From Octopus sinensis (lineage: Eukaryota), in assembly GCF_006345805.1 (NCBI RefSeq), contig NC_043010.1, forward strand, positions 13,268,001 to 13,332,000: 64,000 bases of DNA, given 5' to 3'. A program made the translations under genes and the position numbers. The notes beneath the pieces were generated by a model that saw only the letters and a list, made by a program, of their open reading frames with translations, did not search any database and was not told where the DNA came from. This document shows positions 26,401-39,084 of the stretch, in pieces; within the stretch, counting starts at the first letter, position 1, and every line of letters starts with the position of its first letter.

Positions 26401-26848
26401 AATGTCAAACAACAAGAATGAGTGCTCAACACCACACTGGTGAATAAGATTTCTTTATTTGTGTATTAAAGCTATCGTTGGTTTCATGTTTGAAAAATAT
26501 CTTGTGAAGATTCACAACTTTTCAGGCCAATCTGATGGAGGAATTGTGTTCATTTCCATTTTGGATGGAAACATGTGATTGGCTTGAAAAATTATTAGGA
26601 TATTAAAATATTTTTTTTAACATGAAACCAATGGTAGCCTTAATACACAAATATATATGTGTGTGTGTGTATAGATATAGATATATAAAACCCCACTAGA
26701 ATGGGAGAAAGTGCTAATATATGATATAAGTTATATGATGTATAAAAAATGTAACATACAAATATATATCTGTAAATATAAAACCATCCGAATTTCTGAG
26801 TACCTCATTTCTTCTAGTATAAAATACCTGTACATCATCTCCAAACAT

Positions 26849-26884
<36 letters not shown>

Positions 26885-26985
26885 TATCTTATGAGTGCTT
26901 TATGTAAATATTCAACTGTTAGAAAAACCAAAATCTATTGACCAATGAAAAATGCAGCAATAATGAAATGTAGTTTTACACTTAC

Positions 26986-29364
26986 CTGGATAGATGTCGG
27001 AAGGCTTCTAGATGTTGTTGAAGTAATCCATTCATTTTGTGGCTCTAATACAAAGTAGAACTGACTTGAAGATTTTATCAGTTGAGTATGTCTGTTTTTC
27101 TTTTCATGAGAGTTCCTCAGTAAGGTGGCAGGATTTTTACTGTGACTAATTAAATGACTTTTTTCAATTTTTGAGTGGATTGACGGGTTCACTTCAGCAG
27201 TTAACGAGCCATTTCGCATATTGTTATACCTCACAACACACATTGTTATAGAAATCACAATAGCAACACATACTATTACAGTTACCACAACAATAATAAT
27301 AACCATATTGACATCAATCATTTTGTTTGATTTCGTACGCATTCCTTTTGTTGTCATTGTTGTCTTGTTGCTAACAGCTAATGTCAAAGATATTGTAGTA
27401 GTTGCTGATAGAACTGGGGTACCACTGTCTTTGACAAGAAATTTCAGCTTATATGACCCTGCATCACTCTGGTAAACTTCACGAGAAAAGGATAACACGC
27501 CAGTGTAAGGATCAATGGAAAACAACTGTTTGTCATTGCCTCCAATAATTTCATATTGGAGAAAGGCATTTCTGGGACTGTCTCGGTCTGCAGCTCTCAG
27601 AACTGTGATGTCATTCCTAGTCTTTGGATAATAATAGACGTCCAGACTAAAAGGGTTAACACTTGGGAAGGTGAAATATGGAGCATTGTCATTTTCATCC
27701 ATAACCTCAACAATAACATTTCCAGTGTTATTCAAAGATGGTGTCCCATTGTCTTTGACTAAAACCTGGAACTCATATATTTCTAGTTGTTCTCGATCCA
27801 GTGATTGTGTTGTTGAAATAAATCCATTGTCAGTAATCTGAAAAGGAAGAACAGTTTTGATATTTTTCACTAGAGAGTAAGTTAGCTGACCTCCAGCCTT
27901 CAGATCAGGGTCAGTAGCATTAATAAATCCAACAGGAAAATTTGGTTCCTCATTTTCATAGGTAAGGAATTTGAATGTGTCCTTAGTAAATTGAGGGCGC
28001 ATATCATTCATATCCAGTACTTGGATAGAAAAATTCCTTTCTGTCTTCAAGGAAGGTGTTCCTTTATCTTGACATGATAAAGTGATCTCATAGTGATCTT
28101 CTGTTTCTCGATCGACAGCATTTTTTATTGTGATTTTATACCGTTCTGAATCTAAGATTTGAAGCTCAAATTTTTCATGTGAAAGGTCACATTTGACCTC
28201 TCCATTCTGTCCAAGGTCATTATCTGTAACTTTCACATAAGCAATGAAACTGCCTACTTTAATTCCTTCAGAGATAGTAGCAGTGCTTTCAGACAAGGCT
28301 GAAACAAAATTTATATCAATCTTTGGTGCATTGTTCTGTTGATTGATGACATTTACATTGACAGCTGTAATACAGCTCAAAGGTGGAGAACCCCCATCTC
28401 TGGCTTCTATAAACAACTTATATGTTTGTTTTTGTCCAAAAGGGAACTTTTTCTGTAGGAAAATTTCTCCAGTTTCTTCAGTCAACCTAAAGTGATTTTT
28501 CACTAAATCTGATGTTTTGGAACTGAAATGGTATGAAACTTGGCCATTATTTCCAAAATCTAAGTCTTTGGCAGACAAAATTACAACTGGTGTGTCTTTT
28601 GGGTGTGTGTTTTTTATTGAAATATTATAATCTTTTTGAGCAAAAATTGGTGGGTTGTCATTAACATCAATAACAGTTATTTCAACATCTAGAATACACT
28701 GCTTCGGTGGGTAGCCCCCGTCGTTGGCAAGTATTTGCAGCATATATTTATCTTTTACTTCTCGGTCTATTTTTTTTTCTAAAATTATTTTAAGTTTATC
28801 AGTCCCATCAACCCTTTTTGAAACAGACAATTTAAACGGTTTGCCTGTATTATTCTTTAATTGATATGTAATGTGAGAGTTTCTAATACTAACATCTTTG
28901 TCTATGGCATTCGGAACTGATCGCCTGGTTCCTTTACCATCGGTTTCATAGAATTCAAGTTTGAACTCTTTGGTTGGAAATTCTGGGAAGTGGTCATTGA
29001 CATCTTCTACTATAACTTTAATCTTTAATATAATTAGAAAAGTTGTATCCTGTTTAATAGCAACTTCAACCCATCTGCAACATTCTATATTATAAGTACA
29101 AAGAGCTTCAGCATCCAATATCTGTTCTGTAGTGAGTGTTCCTGATTTGGAAACGTTGAATAATTGGCGACCATTTTGTGCTTTTATTAAACTGAATGTT
29201 ATGGAGTTTTGGTTTTGGTGTGAAGCATCCAATGATGATACATCCTCAGCGATGTTCCCCACATACGTACCCGGACTTTTACCTTCCTGTACAGTATAGA
29301 CAAGATGCACCACACACAAACAACAGTGAAGAAATGAGAGTAGTATGTACACTGGTACCAACAT
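26986..29364 (-). CDS. Protocadherin, large first coding exon (793 codons): signal peptide, 6 cadherin (EC) repeats, TM helix, start of cytoplasmic tail; spliced at 3' end
   Basis: 818-aa ORF 26935-29391. The first true ATG is at 29364 (MLVPVYILLSFLHCCLC = signal peptide). Cadherin linkers DVNDHFPEF, DVNDNPPIF, DMNDMRPQF, DENDNAPYF; LDAE/IDRE/VDRE/LDRE and A.D.D motifs; hydrophobic TM VIIIVVVTVIVCVAIVISITMCVV (~27232-27312). CAG|GTAAGT donor at 26986/26985; acceptor TATTTTCAG| at 29421/29420. Confidence 0.95.
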
Positions 29365-29970
29365 ATCCCCACTGATAGCTGTTACAGTCACCAGATGTCT
29401 GATTTGAACATCAAATGTTTCTGAAAATAGACAGAAGATATATCAGCATCATCAACATAAAAGACAGAATTACTATATTGTTTAAACATCTAGAAGGTTA
29501 TAGTTTGGGGTATAAAGTAATACTTCTACAATACCAGTATTAGTAACTGTTCATATATTATAGGACAAGAGACATGTTTCATTATCTTTGACTTCTGGAA
29601 AATTCTATATGGAATAGATAATTATCTAACAAAAAAAAACAACTTAAATTTAGTCTATATGCATACAACTAGGATAGATCTCTTTTATATGTAAAAGAAT
29701 TAGACGAGCCCTGTTTTATTACAAAACTTAAATGAATGCAATTAACTTTGGATATTTGCAGCACAATAGCATAGTTGTATTAGGAAAACAAACAAAAATT
29801 ATGATTTATTTTTGTCCAAAAGAGAGTTGATTGTCTCGCACTTATGACATAGGCAATATCATTACAGATTATCAAACATATAAGACAGAATCATCTGGAT
29901 TATTATGTGGAGTACATTATAAATATTTAGTTTACTTACCATTGAAAATACACATACACGTTATATTTTT

Positions 29971-30023
<53 letters not shown>

Positions 30024-30029
30024 TTTTGC

Positions 30030-30336
30030 GGAGGCACAATGGCCCAGTGTTTAGGGCAGTGGACTCGCGGTCGCAGGATCACAGTTTCGATTCCCAGACC
30101 AGGCGTTGTGAGTGTTTATTGAGCGAAAAACACCTAAAGCTCCACGAGGCTCCGGCAGGGGGTGGTGGCGATCCCTGCCGTACTCTGTCGCCACAACTTT
30201 CTCTCACTCTTTCTTCTGTTGGCCTGCTTGCTTAGCCAGCAGGGTGGCGTCATTGAAAGCTAAAACAGTCTGAAGCGCATTGTGACCAGCGATGTATGTA
30301 GCAACATCTGATGGCCAGGTCGGTCATGTGATCACA

Positions 30337-30339
<3 letters not shown>
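30030..30339 (+). mobile_element. tRNA-derived SINE, family S3 with tail type Y
   Basis: Same head and body as 9270 with a different 3' module; the Y module also occurs alone at ~23617-23735(+) and 45176-45300(-). Confidence 0.85.
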
Positions 30340-30395
<56 letters not shown>

Positions 30396-30823
30396 GTATG
30401 TGTGTGTATATATTTTTTTATTCTTTTACTTGTTTCAGTTATTTGACTGTGGCCATGCTGGAGCCCTGCCTTTAGTTGAAAAAATCGATCCCATGACTCA
30501 TTCTTTGTAAGCTTAGTACTTATTCTATCAGTTTCTTTTGATGAACTGCTGAGTTACAGGGACGTAAAAATACCAGCATTGGTTGTCAAGCAATTTTGTG
30601 GGGACAAACACAGACACACACACACACGCATGCACACACACACACATACGACGGGCTTCTTTTGGTTTCCATCTACCAAATCCACTCACAAGGCTTTGGT
30701 CAGCCCAAGTCTATAGTAGAAGAAACTTGACCAAGGTGCCACACAGTGGGATTAAACCCAGAACTCTGTGGCTAGTAAGCAAGCTACTTATCACACAGCC
30801 ACTCCTGTGCCTAAATATATATA

Positions 30824-30867
<44 letters not shown>

Positions 30868-31071
30868 GAATACATAATAAATGGAGTTGAACGAAGATGT
30901 TAATAAAATTCTTTTACTTTCGACATATGTTTCGAAGACAACATGGTTTTATTCTGTGTTTCTGATGTGAATTTGCTACCCTGGTAACGGTTCATTGAAT
31001 TTTCCATGTTAACGATAAACATAGGATAATTCATTCACCCATTGAAATATATATATATATACACACACATA

Positions 31072-31123
<52 letters not shown>

Positions 31124-31938
31124 GTATGTATTTATGTAAGCGTGATATGATGTAATGCATAACAAGCATATTTAAACATTGCAATTCAATAAAAAAAAAC
31201 ATGGTAAATCCAACCCTATAGGAATTGAACCACAGTTCCTACTGAGTAAGACAGTATACCAACCACAAAGCTTGCTCTGCAAATAATCGCTGAAAGAAAA
31301 AAAGCAACACAGAAATAAAATAGTTAAACATCTGCATAGAGGCTTCCTCACTGACTTAAACATGTTTGCGTAGAACGTGTTTGTGTTGAGACATATATGA
31401 AGACGGCGAGCTGGCAGAAACATTAGCACGTCAGGCGAAATGCTTATCAGTATTTTGTCTGCCGTTACGTTCTGAGTTCAAATTCCGCCGGGGTCAACTT
31501 TGCCTTTCATCCTTTCAGGGTCGATAAATAAAGTACTAGTTTCACACTGGAGTCGATGTAATCAACTTAATCCCTTTGTCTGTCCTTGTTTGTCCCCTCT
31601 ATGTTTAGCCCCTTGTGGGCAGTAAAGAAATATATATAGGGGCATGTGTTTCTGTAGAGCTGTGGGTATGTAGATACAGTCATGGCAAAAAGTTTGGATC
31701 ATAAGTCTGAAAATTAGAATTTTTATATTAAGCTATCAGAAGTACCTGGCATTGCTCGGGATTTAAATGCTACAATGTTTTTGATACTTAGTAAATTTCC
31801 TTCATCATAAATAATGTTATGGCCAAATTGTAACAAAACTGGTCACTTATTGTAACAAAATTGTAACAAAATTAGTCACCGGGTACCGCTGAAGCCAAGC
31901 AGTAACAGATTGATATGAAGTCCTGGGAAGAGCTTTAA

Positions 31939-32159
31939 CCCTTTAGCATTTAAACCGGCCATATCAGGCCAAAAGTATTCTACCTGTTTTATGTTCAAAC
32001 TGGCCAGATCTGGTCTCTCGCACCAGCCCTACAATATCGTTTTAAAAATTAACAGCTACCTCATCAAAATCTCATAGCTCCAAGATAATGCCTGATTAGT
32101 TCGAGGTAATGTGGATAAAAAAGGATTAATTTTGGCAGAATAATGCGAACACTAAAGGG
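31939..32159. mobile_element. piggyBac-type MITE (221 bp), TTAA TSD
   Basis: TTAA|CCCTTTAG...CTAAAGGG|TTAA; second copy at 48216-48436. Confidence 0.88.
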
Positions 32160-33706
32160 TTAATATGTTCTCAGATGGTGCAACAATCACAGATGAAGTA
32201 GTCCTGGAAAGGGCTTTTTGTTGTTCTCACAGCAGTAACAATTTGATAAGAATCCCTGAGAGGGGCTGTAATGCATTCTCAGATGGTGTAATAATCGTAT
32301 GTAAAGTGGCCCTGAAAAGGGCCCTTTTTTGTTTACACTAAAAGCAATGGAACTGTTGCTGTGAAATGTGAAACTCTGTCAAAACAGATGACAGATCTAG
32401 GTTGGACAAAGGAAAAGAAACATGGTTGAGGAAAGTTAGTAACTTCGAAAGCATGACTACAGTAGCACTCACTTACCACATATCAGGTCTACAAAGTTGC
32501 ACTGGTGTAGAGGAGGCCCTGAGGTTCACGAATTTGAAAGCAGCTGATGCCTGAAGTGCCTACAACACCTCTCTATAGACCACACTTTTTATTTTGCCAT
32601 TAGAGGCAAGTACAAATAGATTTTGTTTGCTTCCAACTCTAGAGCATCCGACATATAACTGGCCATGAGAGAAACCTGGCTTGACCTCCTTCTTTTGGTA
32701 GCCGAAGCAGACTCTGTTTTATGACCAAGGTGCATTCTTTTCTTAGGTGGCATGGTGATAGTATTGCACTATGTTTAAATTGCAAGTTTTAAAAAACAAG
32801 CAAAAGGGGACACTGAAAAAAAAATTTGGCACAATGAATAAAAAGTGAACCTATTTCTTTACTAAACACGAGGCAAAACACGGAGAGGACAAACAAGGAC
32901 AGACAGATGGATTAAGTCGATTATATCGACCCCAGTGCGTAACTGGTACTTAATTTATCGACCCCGAAAGGATGAAAAGCAAAGTCGACCTCGGTGAAAT
33001 TTGAACTCAGAACGTAGCAGCAGATGAAATATTGCTAAGCATTTTGCCCGGCATGCTAACGATTCTGCCAGCTCGCCACCTATTAAACGTATTATTCAGA
33101 AAAGGTGGAAGCAGGGTCAGACAGTTAGCTGTGTGGACACAAATACACTGAATACAGTATTTTTAAAAAAAAACTTAAGCTAAAATCTGTTAGGCAGCAA
33201 CAGTATGAAGGAGTTAACTTCATTGAGTATGGGGACAACAAAAAATTTCAACAGGAAGTATGAAGTTAAAGCAATAGTGTATGTCAAATGGTAGGCCTAA
33301 CCTGTAAGCCGAAGCGCATATCAGATATGCACAAAAGCGCATCAATAATTACGATTTGATACTGCATTGATCAGGTGAACAGTGTTCCACCAATGAAATT
33401 CAGTCAATGAATTAATTGGACAGGCTCATTACAGTGGACAATCAATAGTGTTCACACACATAGGTCAAAGGTCATGTTCACAGTTCATCCCTTATTCGCA
33501 TATCATTAAAGAAAATGGTGGTGAAAAGTGGGGGGGGGGCATTACGAATGTTGGTGCTAATGGCGGGGGTGGGGCGAAGTGAGTAAACACTGAGGGTGTG
33601 GTAAAATCAGTCATTCACACCAAATAAGGGATTGAAGTGGGGGGGGGGGTATCACGGCTGTAGGTGATAATAGCAGGGAGTTAAGTAAACACCAATGTAC
33701 ACAGAT

Positions 33707-33929
33707 TAAGGCGGCGAGCTGGCAGAAACGTTAGCACGCCGGGTGAAAAGCGGACCCGTATTTCGTCTGGCATTACGTTCTGAGTTCAAATTCCGCCGAG
33801 GTCGACTCTACCTTTCATCCTTTCGGGGTCAATAAATTAAGTACCAGTTACGCACTGGGGTCGATATAACCGACTTAATCCGTTTGTCCTCTCTATGTTT
33901 AGCCCCTTGTGGGTAGTAAAGAAATAACT
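33707..33929 (+). mobile_element. tRNA-derived SINE, family S2 (nested in Helitron)
   Basis: GGCGGCGAGCTGGCAGAA head and GAGTTCAAATTCC B-box; 13-bp TSD AATGTACACAGAT. Other S2 copies lie at ~31400-31631(+), 32850-33080(-) and 37147-37388(-). Confidence 0.9.
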
Positions 33930-35002
33930 AATGTACACAGATCAAATCTGCAAGGTAAAACTACCCCACAATCCTTGGCCTTTGAGTAAACAGCAGAAGT
34001 TGTAAGCACAAAACCAAGTTTAATCTGGTTAATTGCAAATTTAATGCAAATAAACTTGACAAAACATTGGTTTAAAACAGTTAATTAGGCATGGGTAATA
34101 TTTTGCGAAATTTGGAGTGAATCAGTTTTGGAATTGCGGAAGTTATTGGCAAAAAAATGAATTTTACGCAGTTATTCACAGACTTTTCCCATTCAACATG
34201 GATTGACTTGACAAAAACATAAGTTTAAAATAATTCTTAAAACATGAGTGATGTTTGTGCCAAATTTGGAGTGAATCGGTTGGAAACTCCAGAAGTTATT
34301 GACAAAAAACCAATCTTTATGCAGTTATTCGTGGATTTTTCACAATTAAAGCAGATGACCTTGACAAAAATTTTAAGCAAAACAATTCTTCTATAATGAG
34401 TTCTTCTATAATGTTCATGTCAAATTTGGAGGAAATCGCTTGCAAAACCAGGGATTTATGGGCAAAAAACAACAGTTTTCTGAACAGTTATTCATGGTTT
34501 TTAGTCTGGAGAGTCTGGAAAATATAAAGTAGATCATGGCCACCTTTGGAGCATAAGCTATCAGAGTATCAAGTTTGAGTGAAATCGATTGAAAAATGGG
34601 GAAATGCATAATGATTATACACACATAGAAGCACAAAGAAATTTTCGGTTTTATATATATAGATGTCTGAAATTATATTTAATTTGCAATATATTATTAC
34701 TTGGCCAAAAGTCTGGAACAGGTGTGTAAAGTAGAATTGAGCCATTGGATCAGTTATTAGGTAATTATATCTCTATGTTGTATATATTTGAATCAAATTG
34801 TACTTGGGCGTAACAATTTTTATTTTTTTAATAAAAAAATGTTCCAAACTTTTGGCCAAGACTGAGTATGTGTTTATATACAGGTGTGTAGAGACATACA
34901 TCAGAAGAGATCTGACTTAGAAGCATATATTTCTGCACAGACATGCATATGTAAATATGTGCGATTATAAATACATGTATGTAGAGTCACATATTACATG
35001 TA

Positions 35003-35984
35003 TAAAGAATAAAACATTTCTAATGGTACAACAATGCACTATAATACATATAATGGGCTATATACCTATTTCTTTACTATCCACAAGGGGCTAAACACAG
35101 AGGGGACAAACAAGGACAGACATAGGTATTAAGTCGATTACATCGACCCCAGTGATTAACTGGTACTTAATTTATTGACCCCGAAAGGATGAAAGGCAAA
35201 GTCGACCTCAGCAGAATTTGAACTCTGAACGTAATGGCAGACAAAATACCTATTTCTTTATTACCCACAAGGGGCTAAACACAGAGGGGACAAACAAGGA
35301 CAGACATAGGTATTAAGTCGATTACATCGACCCCAGTGATTAACTGGTACTTAATTTATCGACCCCGAAAGGATGAAAGGCAAAGTCGACCTTGGCGGAA
35401 TTTGAACTCACAACGTAACGCAGACGAAATACCGCTAAGCATTTCATCCGGTGTGCTAACATTTCTGCCAGCTCGCCGCCTATGGGCTATATACCTGTTG
35501 TAATTTAGTCATCCATAGTCCGATGATATTTCGGAATAAAATTCCTTCTTGAGATATTCGTAGATGGAGTCGCTGCTATAATCGGTTTTCCAACGCTTTT
35601 CTTATTTATTTATTTATTTATTTTATTTTATTTTATTTTAAGCATTTCAGCAGTGGTCGAAGCTGCACATATAATACATAACTTAGAAGCAGCACTACGG
35701 ATATGTACTAGCACACACGAGATTGAGACATGGCCAGCCTCACGCACTTCTCATGAGGAATTCTGGAAGGAGCTTCATGAGACCGCTGCTGAGACACTTC
35801 CAAAAGAAAACAAGAAAAGCCGTGGGAAAACTGATTATAGCCGTGACTCCATCTAAGAATATCTGAAGAAGGAATTTTATTCCGAAATATCATCGGACTA
35901 TGGATGACTCAATTACAACAGGTATATAGCCCATTGTTTGTATTATAGTACATTGTTGTACCATTCAAAACTTTTTAGTCTTTA
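35003..35984. repeat. Fold-back element (~175-bp arms, ~208-bp spacer); left arm split by a SINE dimer
   Basis: 35481-35603 pairs with 35812-35934 and 35003-35067 with ~35920-35984; 15-bp TSD ATGGGCTATATACCT at 35053 and 35482. Confidence 0.85.
35068..35481 (-). mobile_element. Tandem dimer of S2 SINE (full plus partial copy)
   Basis: The body repeats with a period of ~180 bp inside one 15-bp TSD; a similar dimer lies at ~41391-41805. Confidence 0.85.
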
Positions 35985-36023
35985 CAAACAATATACAATG
36001 CTTCAAGTAAACTACAATACTCT

Positions 36024-36055
<32 letters not shown>

Positions 36056-36062
<7 letters not shown>

Positions 36063-36173
36063 AACTTATAAACAAGGGCAAAAGAAATTATTTCTATGCC
36101 AATATGCAGGCATGTTATTGGCATATTGGCATAGAAATAATTTTCTTTTGCCCTTGTTTATAAGTTGTTTATA
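36056..36173. repeat. Near-perfect ~50-bp hairpin with 13-nt loop beside (TA)n
   Basis: 36056-36107 is the reverse complement of 36121-36173 apart from one T indel. Confidence 0.9.
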
Positions 36174-36621
36174 ATTTCAACCTTTAAAGGTATTTTAATA
36201 TGCTGCCACTTTTTTGATGAAATTTTTTTCTGTAAAAAAACTTCATTCTATATTAGTAGTATATATATGTATATATATGTATATATTTATCAAGGGATGC
36301 ATAAGAGATATTTGTATAGGCATTTATGTATCAAGATAAGTATTTAAAAGCATGTTTTAGATATATGCCTTAAACGTATGTGTTAAATGCATATGCACAT
36401 AGATGTGGGTATAGGTTTCCCTCTCAAGGGATGAGTACTCAATCAAATATACACAATGAACAGTGGTTCTTGATCAATTTAAAATTTATGATATGCTGGA
36501 TATCTTTGCAAACTATGTAATAAAGTTATATTATATTTAGAAAGGAAAAACACTGAAAACAACTGATTGCCTTCGTTGTATCTTGAGAGGGTCATAACAC
36601 CAATAAACACACACACACACA

Positions 36622-36935
36622 CACTGTTTCTATTTCACTTCTTTTGCTGTTATTGTTGTTAGTCAACTAGTTATCCATTTAATCAATTACATAATCGATT
36701 GATTGATTTGATTAATCCTTTAGTCAATCGATAAGCTAAGTTCGTCAGATACCTTTCATTGCCATTGAAGACTTCATCAAAGACTTACCCTGAGGTCACA
36801 AATGGCAACAAAAGGACTCTGATGAACCTAGCTGATTGATTGACCAAATGCTTAATTAAACAATTGATTAGTTCATTGGTTAAAATAGTTAACTAGTTGA
36901 CTAATAATAATAAAACAAATGAAATAGAACCAGTG
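36622..36935. repeat. Old fold-back element, ~315 bp
   Basis: CACTGTTTCTATTTCA/TGAAATAGAACCAGTG and TTAGTCAACTAGTTA/TAACTAGTTGACTAA pair symmetrically; the inner arms are more diverged. Confidence 0.65.
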
Positions 36936-37425
36936 CATGTGTTCATTACTGGCAAATGACTCTTCCACGATACAACAAAACCTGGTTCAATACATGGGTT
37001 CTTATCCAGTATCTTTCAAACCAAATACAAAACTGTAGTATTGATTGCCTTGTTTTATTTATCAGACTTTATAATCATCATTACCATCATTTTATGCCCA
37101 CTTTCTGTGCTGGCATTAGATGAACAATTTAACAGGATACGGCTAGTTTCTTATTTCTTTATTTCTTATTTCTTCACAAGGGGCTAAATATAGAGGGGAC
37201 AAACAAGGACAGACAAAGGGATTAAATCGATTACATCGATCCCAGTGCATAACTGGTACTTAATTTATCGACCTCAAAAGGATAAAAGGCAAGGTTGACC
37301 TCGGCAGAATTTGAACTCAGAACGTAATGGCAGACGAAATACTGATAAGCATTTCACCCAGCATGCTAACGTTTCTGCCAGCTTGCCAGGATACAGCTAG
37401 TTGAAGGACTATACCTTACTCCAAC

Positions 37426-37729
37426 TGTGGAGGCACATGGCCTAGTGGTTAGAGCTGCAGACTCGCGGTCGAGGGATCGCGGGTTCGAATCTCAGACCGG
37501 GCGATATGTGTGTTTATAAGCAAAAACACCTGAGCTCCACATGGCTCCAGCAGAAGGTAATGGCAAACTTCTACTGACTCTTTCACCACAATTTCTCTCA
37601 CTCTTTCCTCTTGCATCTTGCAGCTCACCTGTGACGGACCAGCGTCCCGTCCAGGTGGGGAACCTATACGCCAAGAAACCGGGAAACCGGCCCTTATGGG
37701 CCAGGCATGGCTCGAAAAGGAACAAACAA
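37426..37729 (+). mobile_element. tRNA-derived SINE, family S3 with tail type Z
   Basis: 12-bp TSD CCTTACTCCAAC; sister copies at 40176-40477 (13-bp TSD ACTCAGATTGTAA) and ~51075-51352. Confidence 0.88.
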
Positions 37730-39084
37730 CCTTACTCCAACGTATCTATATTGGCATGATTATTATGGTTGGGTAACATTCCTGATGATAATCATTTCAT
37801 AAAGTGTACCGGGGGTAATTCTTCAAAACACCAGCACTAAGTGAGGTGGCCTTGAAACTTGCAAGATGAAAGAGTCTAGAGCATATCATATAACTGAAAG
37901 TATAATAGGAGGGAGAGAGAGAGAGAGAGGGAGAGAGAGAATAATGATTCAAGGTGAGATGGCAGAGAAGATTAAGAGAGGAACAGAGAGTTGCAACAAG
38001 GTGGCAGACACTCATGTATAACAAAATCATAGATAATGCATTTTTAAGATACTAATGTTATAAGAACATAAACAAAACAACACCAGTTGTCAAGTTGTGG
38101 CAAAGGATAAAACACAAACACACACATACACTTTGGTCAGCCAGGGGTTATAGGAGAAGACACTTACCCAAAATGCTACACAGTGGTACTGAACCTAAAA
38201 CCAGGCAGTTGGGAAACAACCTTCTTACTACCAACCATACCGGCAATGTACTTTAAAAACATCTGTGATGCACCAAGATACTCCTTCAGTTGCATTAGTG
38301 CACTGCAATGCACCATTTCAGAGCCAGGTGTGGAGACATATTTATTTCAATTGGTCTATATATCTCTTGGGACTTGTATGTGGAGATATATACATGTCAT
38401 AATGTGGGTATGTATGTATACTCTCCTTTACTTGTTTCAGTCATTTGACTGCGGCCATGCTGGAGCACCGCCTTTAATCGAGCAACTCAACCCGGGACTT
38501 ATTCTTTTGTAAGCCCAGAACTTATTCTATCGGTCTCTTTTGCCGAACCGCTAAGTAACAGGGACATAAACACACCAGCATCAGTTGTCGAGCAATGCTA
38601 GGGGGACAAACACAGACACACAAACACACACATGCATATATATATATATACATATATGCGACGGGCTTCTTTCAGTTTCTGTCTACCAAATCCACTCACA
38701 AGGCTTTGGTCGGCCCGAGGCTAGAGTAGAAGACACTTGCCCAAGGTGTCACGCAGTGGGACTGAACCCGGAACCATGTGGCTGGTAAACAAGTTACTTA
38801 CCACACAGCCACTCCTGTGCCTATATGTATGTATAGAAAAAGAGAGAACTGGGTGCAGAAGCACATGTATTTAGAGAAGTGGAGCCTTGAGTGTGTGAGT
38901 GTGTGCGTGCGTGTGTGTGTGTGTGCGTGTGTGTAGATATATGGGTATAGAGATGTAAGTATGCAGAAATGTATGTAGACATGTGAAGATGTAAAAAAAC
39001 ATGTGGCAACATATGCATGTAGTAACAGATAAGTGTTTACACACCAGTTTCTACATACATACCTATATACATATAATACATTTA

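Larger units (their letters stand above)
31872..34663 (-). mobile_element. Helitron deletion derivative with RepHel N-terminal and helicase C-terminal remnants; contains nested SINEs and a MITE
   Basis: 5' end A|TCTATATATATAAAA at 34663; 3' end CTAA|T (decayed CTAG) at 31872; ATG 32753 MPPKKR..KRRR; 32679-32560 encodes PGFSHGQLYVGCSRVG..NLFV..NGKIKSVVYREVL*; ~155-bp subterminal repeats at 34108, 34262, 34422 and 34571. Confidence 0.8.
31677..34864. mobile_element. Tc1-type MITE (~400 bp without insertions) interrupted by the Helitron
   Basis: TA-CAGTCATGGCAAAAAGTTTGGATCAT at 31677 matches the reverse complement of ATGTTCCAAACTTTTGGCCAAGACTG ending at 34864. The right-hand TA is not preserved. 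Confidence 0.65.

Noticed and set aside
26935-26985. ORF-track C-terminus VSVKLHFIIAAFFIGQ and N-terminus MTVTAISGD of the protocadherin
   Set aside because: The C-terminal part follows a consensus donor and is probably intron; the N-terminal part starts at GTG upstream of the first ATG.
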